The translations under genes were made by a program, and so were the position numbers. Source: Macrostomum hystrix (lineage: Eukaryota; Animalia; Platyhelminthes). From it: a stretch of DNA of 64,000 bases. The stretch spans positions 18,600,001-18,664,000 of the forward strand of contig CATNEN010000039.1 of the NCBI GenBank assembly GCA_950097015.1. Direction: 5' to 3'. Shown here one piece after another: positions 49,601 to 61,095 of the stretch (within the stretch, counting starts at the first letter, position 1; the number at the start of each line of letters is the position of its first letter). The notes under the pieces were generated by a model, which was not told the DNA's origin, did not search any database, and saw only the letters and a list, made by a program, of their open reading frames with translations.

Positions 49601-51505
49601 TTTTAAATACATGGGTCGAGTTATTTAGGCTTATAGGCTTACAGATAAAGAATATATATATTCCTCTTTAACCATGAATTCTTATTTTCAAAGGAAAGTG
49701 TTTGCCTAAAGAAGGACACGGCTGTGACGTGCTGCTTCTGTATCAACAAGGGTCGCATTCGCTGCGAACTCTCCCTGCCAAAGACTGGCTACGTGCCCGG
49801 AGAGACTATGGACATTGGGATGCAGCTGGTGAACAGCTCCTCTGCCTGTGTGGAGAGCACACACATCACATTCCAGCAGCGCCTCACGCTTCAGGCTGGT
49901 AGGCGCTCCCAGGTCACTGGCGCGCTGATCTTTAGCATCTCCGGCCAGCGAGTCAGGCCAGGGGCCTCCGGCTTCTACCATGACGTCATTCATATCCCAC
50001 CGCTGCCACCAACTGGGCGTCATTGCTGCCAGGTACTCAGCATTGAGTACGTTGTGCAGGTGAGAGACACCATGCATGGCATTATCTTGCGCAAACAATT
50101 AAAAAATGTGACCTCGTTAAAAAAAGCGAACGCAGCAGAATGAAAGTGCTAGAATACGAGTACAATCCCAGTTTGGTTCCATTATTATCACATTAGCTGG
50201 CTAGGTAGTAGCAAATGTGAAAGCTACTTATTTCCTGTCTTAAACCAGATGATTGAGCACGGGGTAGTGGGAAAGTGAAAAAAACTGAGTAGGAAAGCTA
50301 ATATTTTAAGCTACAGGAACTCAATCTTGGCCCCAAATTTTTGAAAGCTTCTCTTGCACCATGGTTGGCGACTGTGACGGCTCAGGTCGAGCAAATGAAA
50401 ACCAATCGAGCGCTGATTGAAGCAACACGAAAGCAAGAGAGGCACTGGTGCAGGTGCACTTTAGCTCTCGCTAACCGAATGTGATTCGATTTTTTTTCGA
50501 TTCCCTACCTCAATAATTCAGGCGAGCCTGCATGTCTCTAGGATAGAAAATAGTCATCCAGATTCGTGCTCGATATCATTTTCGATATGCAATATTTGAA
50601 TGTGCAGTTACATTTTCATTACATTGATCTGTAGCAGAACAGATGATTTTCATTTCACGCCATGCAGGTCAAGATTGAAGCTTCTGGGGTGCTGGGCCAG
50701 TCCACTCCGCTGGAACTATCGATACCTGTGGTGATTGGAACAATTCCTTTCAGCAATTCTGTCTTCTTCTCCGATTCGTGTCAAGGTATGAGGCTTCTCT
50801 AAATTAGAAGCCCTTTTAAGTGCCAGCATGCCTAGCCAAAACCAACCCATTAGGGATTTTTATTGAACTGTGAAGACATAAAATAAGTGGCTATAAATCA
50901 TTCCCAAGACATTGAGCTGACTAATTAGTTACTTAAGTCTAATTAAATCTTCGTCGAGCTGACAGCTAGATGGGCTGCTTTTAATTTCAAGAGCACCCAG
51001 AGTTCCTAGAGTTAACTCCTGATTCGCATTTTTAATTAGAAAACTTTTCAAGAAAAAAATCTGACTCAAAGAATTCAATGTTGTCCTTCGAAAACTCGCG
51101 AAATATTTTAAGGTGACAAACCTTAGGAACCATAGGAAACAGAAAAGTATTTACATAATAATTAAAGCTTTCCTGAACTCGTTTGGCTAGCATTTTGCCT
51201 GAATAATTTGCGTTCTATTCTACTTTAAGTAATATTGTCAGAAAACGCCTGTAAACCCATTTTCAGTAGCACCCTGTTTGGCTCATTTCGACTTCAACAC
51301 CGGGGACATCATCGAGCACTCGACCAGCGAGCTTGAGCAGTCGCAGGGACCGTTGAGACCAGTTTATCGATACTATAAGACCGAACGTCGTCTCTCTGGG
51401 CAGCAACTTGTCAACCGCCGGCGTTATCGACGAAACGAAAATGAGACTTGGCCGACAGATACGGCTGACTCTCGCAGTCAGAATGGAACCGTTACTTCCG
51501 TATAA
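40656..51505 (+). CDS. Alpha-arrestin (arrestin domain-containing, ARRDC-like), ~421 aa; exons 40656..40815, 43506..43634, 49023..49276, 49694..50059, 50668..50785, 51267..51505
   Basis: Arrestin_N motifs (VF.PGD.V.G.V, FTGQAEVSW, GFHQFRFHFQLPEQLPSSFE, ARISYCLRV) and Arrestin_C motifs (LPKTGYVPGE, IPPLPPT, IEYVVQV, LSIPVVIGTIPF). All GT-AG introns are frame-consistent (1266 nt); AATAAA at ~51792. Confidence 0.88.
40895..41220 (+). mobile_element. tRNA-derived SINE family 1 copy with internal deletion (arrestin intron 1)
   Basis: Same head, body and tail as the other copies. Confidence 0.85.
43990..44170 (-). mobile_element. SINE-like family 2 (tRNA B-box + CORE-like domain)
   Basis: The minus strand reads GGTTCGATTCTC (B-box)..CAGTTCACCCAGCTCTTAAATGGGTA..CCCAGTCCATGGACTGTGAAG. 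Related pieces lie at 38775-38970 and ~60485-60530. Confidence 0.5.
44683..48762. repeat. Tandem satellite, 20-bp monomer TGATTTGATGTACGTTTGTG (18-bp variants), ~4.1 kb, in arrestin intron 2
   Basis: Directly visible; about 200 units. Confidence 0.97.
48828..48975 (+). mobile_element. SINE family 1 internal fragment
   Basis: GGGGCAGCCGCAGAGAGAAGGCTTGGGGACTTGTCGTGC..GTACACTGCCTGACAATGAGAAAG matches the SINE-1 body. Confidence 0.7.
49368..49510. repeat. Short GTCTCATCTCT array related to the 16-bp satellite
   Basis: 4-5 degenerate TGTCTCATCTCT units preceded by CCCTATACTATTCCTTTA, similar to the reverse complement of the satellite's right flank (CCTTATACTCTCCTTTA). Confidence 0.6.
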
Positions 51506-51850
51506 ATCGCGCGCGCGTTGTCATTCAAACCCTGTTAAAGGCATGTTTCGATTTATTAAAAATATCAGTTTAGATATTGTTGCCGCCTACACTCACAGGT
51601 CTAGAGTTTTTAGCCTGGGTTCTGGATTGTTGATACGGGCACACTCGTACAGGGTGTACATTTCAGGCAATCTGGTCTGTTCTTGATCTCTTGAACTCGA
51701 TGTCAGTGACCTGTCCTTTAGTATCAATGTACGAGTATGTAACTTCTCGAAAATACAAGAAATGTAACTTTTAAATGTGTAATTTGTTTCGAATAAAAAG
51801 TTTTTGTTTCTTACAACTGCCTGCTATCTGTAATTCTGTAATTTAGGGTT

Positions 51851-53275
51851 ATTATCGACTGATACCAACCAGATTATCGACTGATACCAACCAGATTATC
51901 GACTGATACCAACCAGATTATCCACTGATACCAACCAGATTATCGACTGATACCAACCAGATTATCCACTGATACCAACCAGATTATCGACTGATACCAA
52001 CCAGATCATCCACTGATACCAACCAGATTATCGACTGATACCAACCAGATTATCGACTGATACCAACCAGATTATCGACTGATACCAACCAGATTATCGA
52101 CTGATACCAACCAGATTATCGACTGATACCAACCAGATTATCCACTGATACCAACCAGATTATTCACTGATACCAACCAGATTATCGACTGATACCAACC
52201 AGATTATCCACTGATACCAACCAGATTATCCACTGATACCAACCAGATTATCCACTGATACCAACCAGATTATCCACTGATACCAACCAGATTATCCACT
52301 GATACCAACCAGATTATCCACTGATACCAACCAGATTATCCACTGATACCAACCAGATTATCCACTGATACCAACCAGATTATCCACTGATACCAACCAG
52401 ATTATCCACTGATACCAACCAGATTATCCACTGATACCAACCAGATTATCCACTGATACCAACCAGATTATCCACTGATACCAACCAGATTATCGACTGA
52501 TACCAACCAGATTATCCACTGATACCAACCAGATTATCCACTGAAACCAACCAGATTATCCACTGATACCAACCAGATTATCGACTGATACCAACCAGAT
52601 TATCCACTGAAACCAACCAGATTATCCACTGATACCAACCAGATTATCCACTGATACCAACCAGATTATCCACTGATACCAACCAGATTATCCACTGATA
52701 CCAAACAGATTATCCACTGATACCAACCAGATTATCCACTGATACCAACCAGATTATCCACTGATACCAACCAGATTATCCACTGATACCAACCAGATTA
52801 TCCACTGATACCAACCAGATTATCCACTGATACCAACCAGATTATCCACTGATACCAACCAGATTATCGACTGATACCAACCAGATTATCCACTGATACC
52901 AACCAGATTATCCACTGATACCAACCAGATTATCCACTGATACCAACCAGATTATCCACTGATACCAACCAGATTATCCACTGATACCAACCAGATTATC
53001 CACTGATACCAACCAGATTATCCACTGATACCAACCAGATTATCCACTGATACCAACCAGATTATCCACTGATACCAACCAGATTATCCACTGATACCAA
53101 CCAGATTATCCACTGATACCAACCAGATTATTCACTGATACCAACCAGATTATCCACTGATACCAACCAGATTATCCACTGATACCAACCAGATTATCCA
53201 CTGATACCAACCAGATTATCCACTGAAACCAACCAGATTATCCACTGATTCCAACCAGATTATCCACTGATACCA
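51851..53275. repeat. Tandem satellite, 22-bp monomer ATTATC(C/G)ACTGATACCAACCAG, ~65 units
   Basis: Directly visible. Confidence 0.97.
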
Positions 53276-54731
53276 TGGCTACTGCTTATCGGTATCAAAT
53301 TTAAACGGAACTATTAAAGTTAGTTTTCTGGTCAAGCACGCGGCTTAAACTCATCATTTTGTGTGTGTTAAGAATTCAGACTGCAATAATTGAAGTGCTC
53401 AGAGAATCGGGATTTTTTGTAAATACACGAGGGACAAAACGAGTACTGTTGTGTAGATGATTGACAGTTGGATAGGGAAAAATATTCGAACAAAAAATGA
53501 CCCATGGATTTAAAAACGACACAAGAAAATGGTTATTTCACGGTTGAACTAACACTTGGTGTATAAAGTTGCATGTTAATATCGAATAGATTACTTATAT
53601 CGATATCTTGTCTGCTTGAGTTATAGCTAACTACTAGGATATTATGCTAATTCTAACAAATTCGGAAGCTCTTATAGAGAGAATTTGCTTTGTTAAAGGC
53701 AATTAATCACATTTTGGGTACCACAAGAACCAGCTAGACTCAAGACGGGCGATCCACAGACGGAACAGGTGTACAAACTAACCATGCAGTCTTTGTTGCT
53801 ATTTTTATTGTTGTCTTTGTTATTGTACTTTTGTTGTACGTACTATAGCATTTAAAATTTAAACACAGACAAAATGACATCTAAACACTTGTCTATGGTT
53901 AAATCTAATGAATTCAAACAGGCTTGCAAAGTTCGCTGCCCAGAAAGTTCACTATTTACTGTTATCGTGACTTAGAATGGAGAATCCAACGTCACGGATC
54001 ACGATTATTGCCTGCCGTTCATAGTTATCTTCAAAGATTGGCCATAGACTAAGTTTTAGTGTTTGGTATGAGTACAAGAGAGAGTTTTGCAAGAGTACTG
54101 GCCTATCAGCAATGTCACTCAGTCCATTGCAAACAGGATATGCTCTACAATGATCAATTCGCCAGTAGTTCAAGGTTGTCATTGACAACTGATTGCCCGA
54201 GTCCTTTGGAAATTCAAAGTTTATTTATCCTCCATAGCTATCGGAGGGGACAAGCTAGATTTGACTCTCATTTACTGCATGGACCATTGCAACGGGCCCA
54301 GCAATTTTCTGGGAACACTATTTAATCTCATCCCCAGCCAATGAGAACTGAATCCCATATTTCTAATAAACCTGCAGTCTTTATAAGTACTGGAATCGTC
54401 CGCAAACGCGTAACTTGTTTAAATGAACAGACTGCATTTACTAAGCTGAAACGAGAAAAAACAGCACTGAATTTTAATTCCGCAGAGTCATATTTAGCCA
54501 ATCATTGTAAGTAATTCGAGACGACAATCATTTTTAATTTTTTAATGAAAGCTTTTTCTATAATAATTAATTTGTCCATTTAAAGGAAATGTCGTGTAAG
54601 CATTTTCGCATGGATGTTTTTCATCAGTTAAAACGCGCTATTTAAAATATTGAGTTGACCTTTACAAGGGAAGGAAGTTATTCCACTTTGAAGCTTTCTG
54701 CTTCAAATACACTTTGAAGGGGTAGTCATGG

Positions 54732-55074
54732 GAGGTTTAGTGACAGAGCCATTGTCGCTCGCACCAAGGTCCCTGAGCTCGATTCCGCGGTGAGGCCACA
54801 TTCATTTGGGGCGCAGCCGCGGAGAGAAAGCTTTCATGGGGCTTGTCGTGCAATTGACGCTCTTGACTCCAAGGCACAGTGGCAGTGTACACAGCCTGAC
54901 GATGAGAAAGTCAGGGCAGATCAACACCGCTGTGAGTGTGTGCCTGCGTAAGCATCTGAGTGCGCGTGTGCTCAGGAGTCAGCGGAATGGGCAGAATTGC
55001 CTCCTCGCTAGCTGCGGGTCTAGTGTCACCAAATGATGTGCCATTGCCCGCAGCCCTCCTGCAATTATTATTTT
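54732..55074 (+). mobile_element. tRNA-derived SINE family 1 copy ~130 bp upstream of the DEG/ENaC ATG
   Basis: Shared body and tail; TSD AAGGGGTAGTCATGG (54717-54731) / AAGGGGGTAATCATGG (55075-55090). Confidence 0.85.
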
Positions 55075-55207
55075 AAGGGGGTAATCATGGTTTACCTTAG
55101 CGCTCGCAGGTCGGAAAAATATGAAAGTCCTCAGAGCAGTCAAACGCTCACACAGATTGCTATGTACTTAACGCAGGTAAACTAACCAACTCGACCTCCC
55201 TGCCAAG

Positions 55208-58200
55208 ATGCTATCAGAAGCTACGCGCGCCTTTCTCGAGAGTACTAGCATCAGGGGCGTCGGTCGCATCTTCAAAAGTCCAAGCCGTTTTCTCAGCCGC
55301 CTGTGGGCGCTCTTTGTGCTGGGCTCCACCACGCTATTATTCTACAGCGCAGTGAATGTCACCTTGGACTATCTGCAGTACGACGTGAACATTCAGACCC
55401 GCCTAGACCTGGACGATGTCAGCCCATTTCCAGCGGTGAGCGTCTGCAACAATCAGCCGTTCTCCAAGACCGCCTTCCGGCTCTGGGCCGACAAAGCTGT
55501 GCCATCGCCGACTGAGTTCAATTGGCTACTGCGGCAGCAAGGACTCCGGCTGCTGAACGAGCTGGATATCGACGGCGCCTACGAGAGGCGTGTTGCCAGC
55601 CAGCCAGGCGAAAGGCCCAGTCCGGATATTGAAAGAGAATATCGCAAAGCACTGTACGCCAGCAAGAAGGCTCTCCAGCTGTCTCTACCGATGGACTCGT
55701 CGCGGCTGTACTTTCAAAACCTGCAGGCTGCGCAGGCCCTGATGCTGGGCCATTCCAGGAATGACTCGTTTGTCGACTGCATCTTCAAGTACGGCTCTGC
55801 TCAGGTGCAGGGTACCAAGGGCTGCTACGATGACATGCTGGATGTGACACTGTTCAGCCATCCGAACTATTTCAACTGCTTCACTCTGCAGTTCCGGGAG
55901 GAGTACATCCAGGATGTGTTCAGCTTGGCACTGATCATCTGGCTTGGACCAGGCGAGACCTACGGCATACGTCACAAGCAGGGCTTCCTGTTCGACATTT
56001 TTGAGCAGGCCTACGGACTGCGGGTGGCGGTGCACGAGCCTGGGAGTCATCCAGCGGTGAGACGCTTGAGTAACAACCGTTTTGAGTATTGCAGCTGTTT
56101 GAGAATTGTAACCGTTTGACTATACGAGCATATAGCAACCATTTGAGCATAGCTACCGTTTGAGTATAGTTTGAGTTGCAAGCTTTCGGGTAATTAAAAG
56201 CTTCAGGTTGAGAATAATTTCACAAACTATTTCAGTAAGAACTCTTTAAACTGAGTAAGATTTTATTTTGAGTAACTCTCCTCAATTGAGCAACCATGAG
56301 CTCTATAATTATAGCATAAAAACAGATAACAAACTATACGATACGAAACTATACGAAAGATACTTTTTCAGTTCATTGAAGCTGCTAAATAGATTTTATC
56401 TAACTCCTAAAGTGCAATGATTTAGTATCCCAAGGAATTATTTAGGGAATAAATTCTAAAGAATTGAATTAAAGACTGGAAATAAAATATTCAGAAGATT
56501 TAGAAGAAACGATCAAACTAAGATAATATATACCGTAGAAGATAAATAAACAAACTTTCGTTTAGATTAAAATTAAGCGCCTCACATAACAATAGGCTGA
56601 ATAGCTAGAGTATTTAATATTTATTTTTAAAAAATGCAATTAATGATTTGATTGACAAAATCAAACGTGACATTTTTCTGTGTTTTAGTTTACATTAACA
56701 AAACCAAGCTAGTCGGAACGCAGCGAGCGAATGTTCAACCTTATTTGACAGTTTTCTGGCTGGTCAAAGAATTTAAACAAACGCGTTGGGCCATGAAACT
56801 GGTGTCTCGGGTTAAAAGTGCAAATTGTATAACTTTTAATACTCTCTCTTAACGTTTTGTCCTTACTCAACTCCTGGTCCTCTCTCTTAAATGTTGGTCC
56901 TCTCTCTTAAATTTTGTTCCTCTCTCAAATTTTGGCCCTCACGAGTCTCTCCTAAATTTTGGTCCTCTCTCTTGAATTTTGGTCCTCTCTCCTAAATTTT
57001 GGTCCTCTCTCCTAAATTTTGGTCCTGTCTCTTAAATGTTGGTCCTGTCTCTTAAATTTTGGTCCTCTCGCCTAAATTTTGGTCCTCTCTCTTGAATTTT
57101 GGTCCTCTCTCCTAAACTTTGGTCCTGTCTCTTAAATGTTGGTCCTGTCTCTTAAATTTTGGTCCTCTCTCCTAAATTTTGGTACTCTCCCTAAATTTTG
57201 GTCCTGTCTCTTAAATGTTGGTCCTGTCTCTTAAATTTTGGTCCTCTCTCCTAAATTTTGGTACTCTCCCTAAATTTTGGTACTCTCTCTTAAATGTTGG
57301 TCCTCTCTCTTAAATTTTGGTCCTCTCTCTTAAATTTTGGTCCTCTCTCTCTTAAATTTTGGTCCTCTCTCTGTTAAATTTTGGTCCTCTCTCTTAAATG
57401 TTGGTCCTCTCGCTCTTAAATTTTGGTCCTTTAAAATTTTGGTCTTCAGATTCTTCTTCTTTATCTGGTCCTGACTCCTAACTTGTAGTCGTCCTAGTTC
57501 TCTATTTTTATCCCCCCTCCTTATTATTTGGTTTCGTATGATTTTATTGGCTGAGTGAAAATATTTTCCCCCAGATTAACGTTCCAGTAGGATAAACGCA
57601 ATAGGGCATCGGGCACCAACGATTGCCACAGTACAGGTGCTTCATCAGTTTCGTTACTCTCTCGCAGCCTTGCCCAACTCGGGGAAGCCGATGAAAGAAT
57701 ATTAAGGAAGCTTGGATGCAGAGCAGGAAAATCAGCTGCGATCAGAATAAAAGCTTTTTCCAATCGGGGATAATGCTTTTTTTAAACGTCCCAAATAACT
57801 ACACAATAAGGGGAATCGGGATTCTTAGAAATCGGCCCAGTCCATTGTTGCCGGTTGCTGGGAACAATATATTGCCGAGTCTTGTGTGGAATCAGGTCCA
57901 AGCAATGGGCCACTAGACCTGTATTTTTTTATTCTCGTAGCAGCAGGTTATTTTTTTATTTTACATTCATTTGGGGTGCAGCTGCAGAGAGAAAGCTTGG
58001 GGGCTTGTCGTGCAGTTTACGCCGTTGAGGGCCAACCTTCAAGACACAGTGAGAGTGTACATTGCCTGACGATGAAAAAGTCAGGGCAGATGTACACACC
58101 TGTGTGAGCGTGTGCCTGCGTACAGTATCTGAGTGCGTGTGTGCTCAGGAGTCAGCAGAATGGTCAGAATTGCCTCCTCGCTGGCTGCGGGTCTAGTGTC

Positions 58201-59400
58201 ACCGAATGCTAGTTCCGTATTGTGCCCATTGCCCGCAGCCCGCCACCCGCAATTATTATTATTTTTAGGGTATAACTAAGGCACTGTGGAATTTAGTGTC
58301 TGGCTCAAGGACACAATTTTTCTCCACGGTACTGAAACAATAATTAGTTACACAATTCAATTTTGACTTAAATCGAATCCGCGCCATCGCAGATGCTGCA
58401 GCAGGGCATCCAGACTGAGCCGGGCAAGATGAACGAGATCAAGTACCAGGCGCAGCGGTTTGTGCGCGCCAACACGCCGCGCAATCCCTGCCTAAGCGAA
58501 GCGGAGTCCCGCCGACGTCGATTCGCTGATCACGGCCAGATGTACAACTACGATCAGGAGCTGTGCCTCAACACCAAAGTCCAGGAGGTGTTTCTCAGGA
58601 CCTGCGGCTGCCTGTACGTGGAGCTGCCGCTGGTGATGCAGGCCAACGCCAGCCATCCGTACTGCGGCTTCGTTGACGACAAGCTGTTTAGCAGGGCCGA
58701 GTGCGCCAAGGGAATCGATCAGCGTCGAATTCGGCAGCAGTTCGAGACCACCGACTGTTTGCCGAGGTGCACGGAGCTCACTTACAGGAAGGAGCTGTCC
58801 GTGACGAAGTGGCGAGACACACCCTGGATGCTGCACTGGATCAAAGAGGTGTCGGAGCGTTGGAACAACTATTTCATGAAGCTGATGATGCTGCGAGCAT
58901 CGCCAGCCAGTTTTCGTCAGGACCTGAGTCGCGTCAAGGACTATTTGCGCATGGCGAACATCACGGACCCTCTGCTGCTGGGAAATAGCACCAATTTTCA
59001 CTTCGACGAACGATTCACCTACGTGATGGTGAAACGGCGAGCGAACAATACCTTAGTACAGCAGGAGAAAATAGTGCTCACTGTGAATGCACTTTTTAGC
59101 CGCATTGGCGGCCTTTGCTCAATGTACATCGGCCTAACTCTCGCCTTTTTCGTTGAGTGCATCGAGCTCATCTACAGACTGGTGGCTGAGAGGGCTGGAC
59201 AGGCAGAAAAGGGACAACGACAACATCAGCAACAGCAGCAGCAGCAGCAACTTCAGGTTCTGGACGTCACAGAGCAACCGGAGCAGCTGGAGCTGCTGCG
59301 ACCGCCACCTCAACCGCCGCCGCCTCCCCAGGAGAAGCTCTGCGGTGGCTTTGTCTGGCTACGTCAGGACAGCAAAAATGGACGGTCAAATTTGGCCTGA
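55208..59400 (+). CDS. DEG/ENaC (amiloride-sensitive sodium channel / ASIC / FaNaC family) subunit, ~618 aa; exons 55208..56056, 58393..59400
   Basis: TM1 (RLWALFVLGSTTLLFY..DYLQY), FPAVSVCN, HPNYFNCFT, GLRVAVHEPG, Cys-rich thumb (C..CGC..YC..C..CLPRC..Y) and TM2 (FSRIGGLCSMYIGLTLAFFVECIELI). Phase-0 GT-AG intron 56057-58392. Confidence 0.92.
56875..57445. repeat. Minisatellite, ~21-bp monomer TAAATTTTGGTCCTCTCTC(C/T), in DEG/ENaC intron
   Basis: Directly visible; ~27 units of 20-23 bp. Confidence 0.92.
57963..58265 (+). mobile_element. SINE family 1, 5'-truncated copy (DEG/ENaC intron)
   Basis: Starts at ACATTCATTTGGGG, lacks the tRNA head, has intact body and (ATT)n tail. Confidence 0.85.
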
Positions 59401-61095
59401 TGCCGTCTTTTCAGTCTAGATTCTCTTCATTGTCTTATTTTAATACGGATTTAATGATGCGACAAGCTATTTGGGTGGGGTGGCGTGCGCGGAAATGGAC
59501 TTAATTTGTTCCAGCCAATAGAAGCAGAGTCACGGATTTTGGAAAGAGCCATAGATGTACATTTTGGACAGACAATATATTTTTTACGTATTACGAGATG
59601 GACCAATCAGAAGGCGATTAGAGGAGAGAGATATCAAAAACTGAGTGGGGAGAGAGGGGTCAGGGTCAGGCAGAATTAGAACAAGACAAGCGGGTTGTAC
59701 TATTAGGCACATCACTAAGTTCAAACTAAAAGGGCCGAAATTTACACAGCCGAGATATTGGAGCTTAAGATCAAACTTGTCTTGCTAAAGCTTTATGGTA
59801 ACGACCCCAAAAGCTTAAGAGTCACAGACGAACTTTTCTCAAAGGAATCCTTAACTTCAGTCTAGGCGTTCTCTTATAGGATTGAAGACTATTTTAATCT
59901 CGTGCAGTCACTGTCTGCTTCTCAACTCTAATTAGCTACTTTACCTGCATTTTACAATCCAAGATCATCTGATGAAAAAACGGTATCAAAGATAGAGAAA
60001 GATAATATGTTTGGCTCCGGAAATTAAAAGAAGCGATTGGGTGCAGTGAATCTGAAACAGACGGTTTACCTTGCTAGAAGGAGCCAAGTTAATCCTACTT
60101 GAGTGAGAAGCCTAGAAATGTGATTTTCAGTAGAGCAACAAATTATGATTTATTTATCGTGTTGCTATTTGAGTGGCATCAATCTTTTGCGGGCCAAGTG
60201 TACCCACACCCACACACACACACACACACACAATCTCACTCACTTAATATTGTTCAAGCATATAGAAAAAGTTTGCTTGATCCAGCGATGCGACCCAATC
60301 ATCTTCACTCTCTATTTGATACGTCGACCCTGTTTTTTTCCTCTTGCGAACTGTTTATTGTGAAAATACAGATTGCGTAAGCACGTGATCATATCACTAT
60401 AGTGATGATACTTTTTACTTTTTGAAAATTGAAATTATGCCTGGATCAGTAGGCATAATTGCGCGGCGCACCCAAAGGCTGTGTACAGTCCGTGGACTGT
60501 GAAATCGCCCTTCGGACAGTGTCTATGTCTGAAGTCATAGGGGTTCACTGCATGTGTCTTACTTAGTAGAACTTTGCTGAAAAATACAGATTTCTGTACC
60601 CTGTAACTTATCAAATGATTTGTTGATGCAAATTTTTATTCCTTAATTAATTCTTTCCTTGCTTAAGGAGCGATGGCATATGCTACTCGTATTATATAAA
60701 TATTGCGGTTAATATTACTTCAACAAATTAATTTCCTGGCTAGACAGGGCATAAAAATATAGCCTTAAACTGACGACAAGCAAATGCTTTTGCGGAAATA
60801 ACAAATGCTGATTGCTAAATATTATTGCTTTAGTTCATATTCTGTTATAATATTTTCTTATTCTTTGTTCTTTTGTGGCTTATTATGTGTTATTTTCTTA
60901 AGTAAACAGAAAAAAAACGAATGAACTAATTTTTCCGCTAAATCTGTACTGCCTTACTCACAGTAGGCTAGTTTGCAAAAGAATTTTTCGAAAAGAATAA
61001 TAATAACCCTCGAGAGAGTTCATTAGTGCGAACACACGGAAACTCAAGCTGTTATAAAACCAAGAGCTCTTTACAGCAGCAAAGAAAATATGCAT

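Noticed and set aside
51843-51850. TTAGGG next to the 22-bp array as a telomere-addition site
   Set aside because: Single hexamer, expected by chance.
54895-54920. Hammerhead-like CTGACGA..GAAA in the SINE body
   Set aside because: Only 3 nt between the core motifs (no stem II) and no stems I/III; the bases form a simple hairpin instead.
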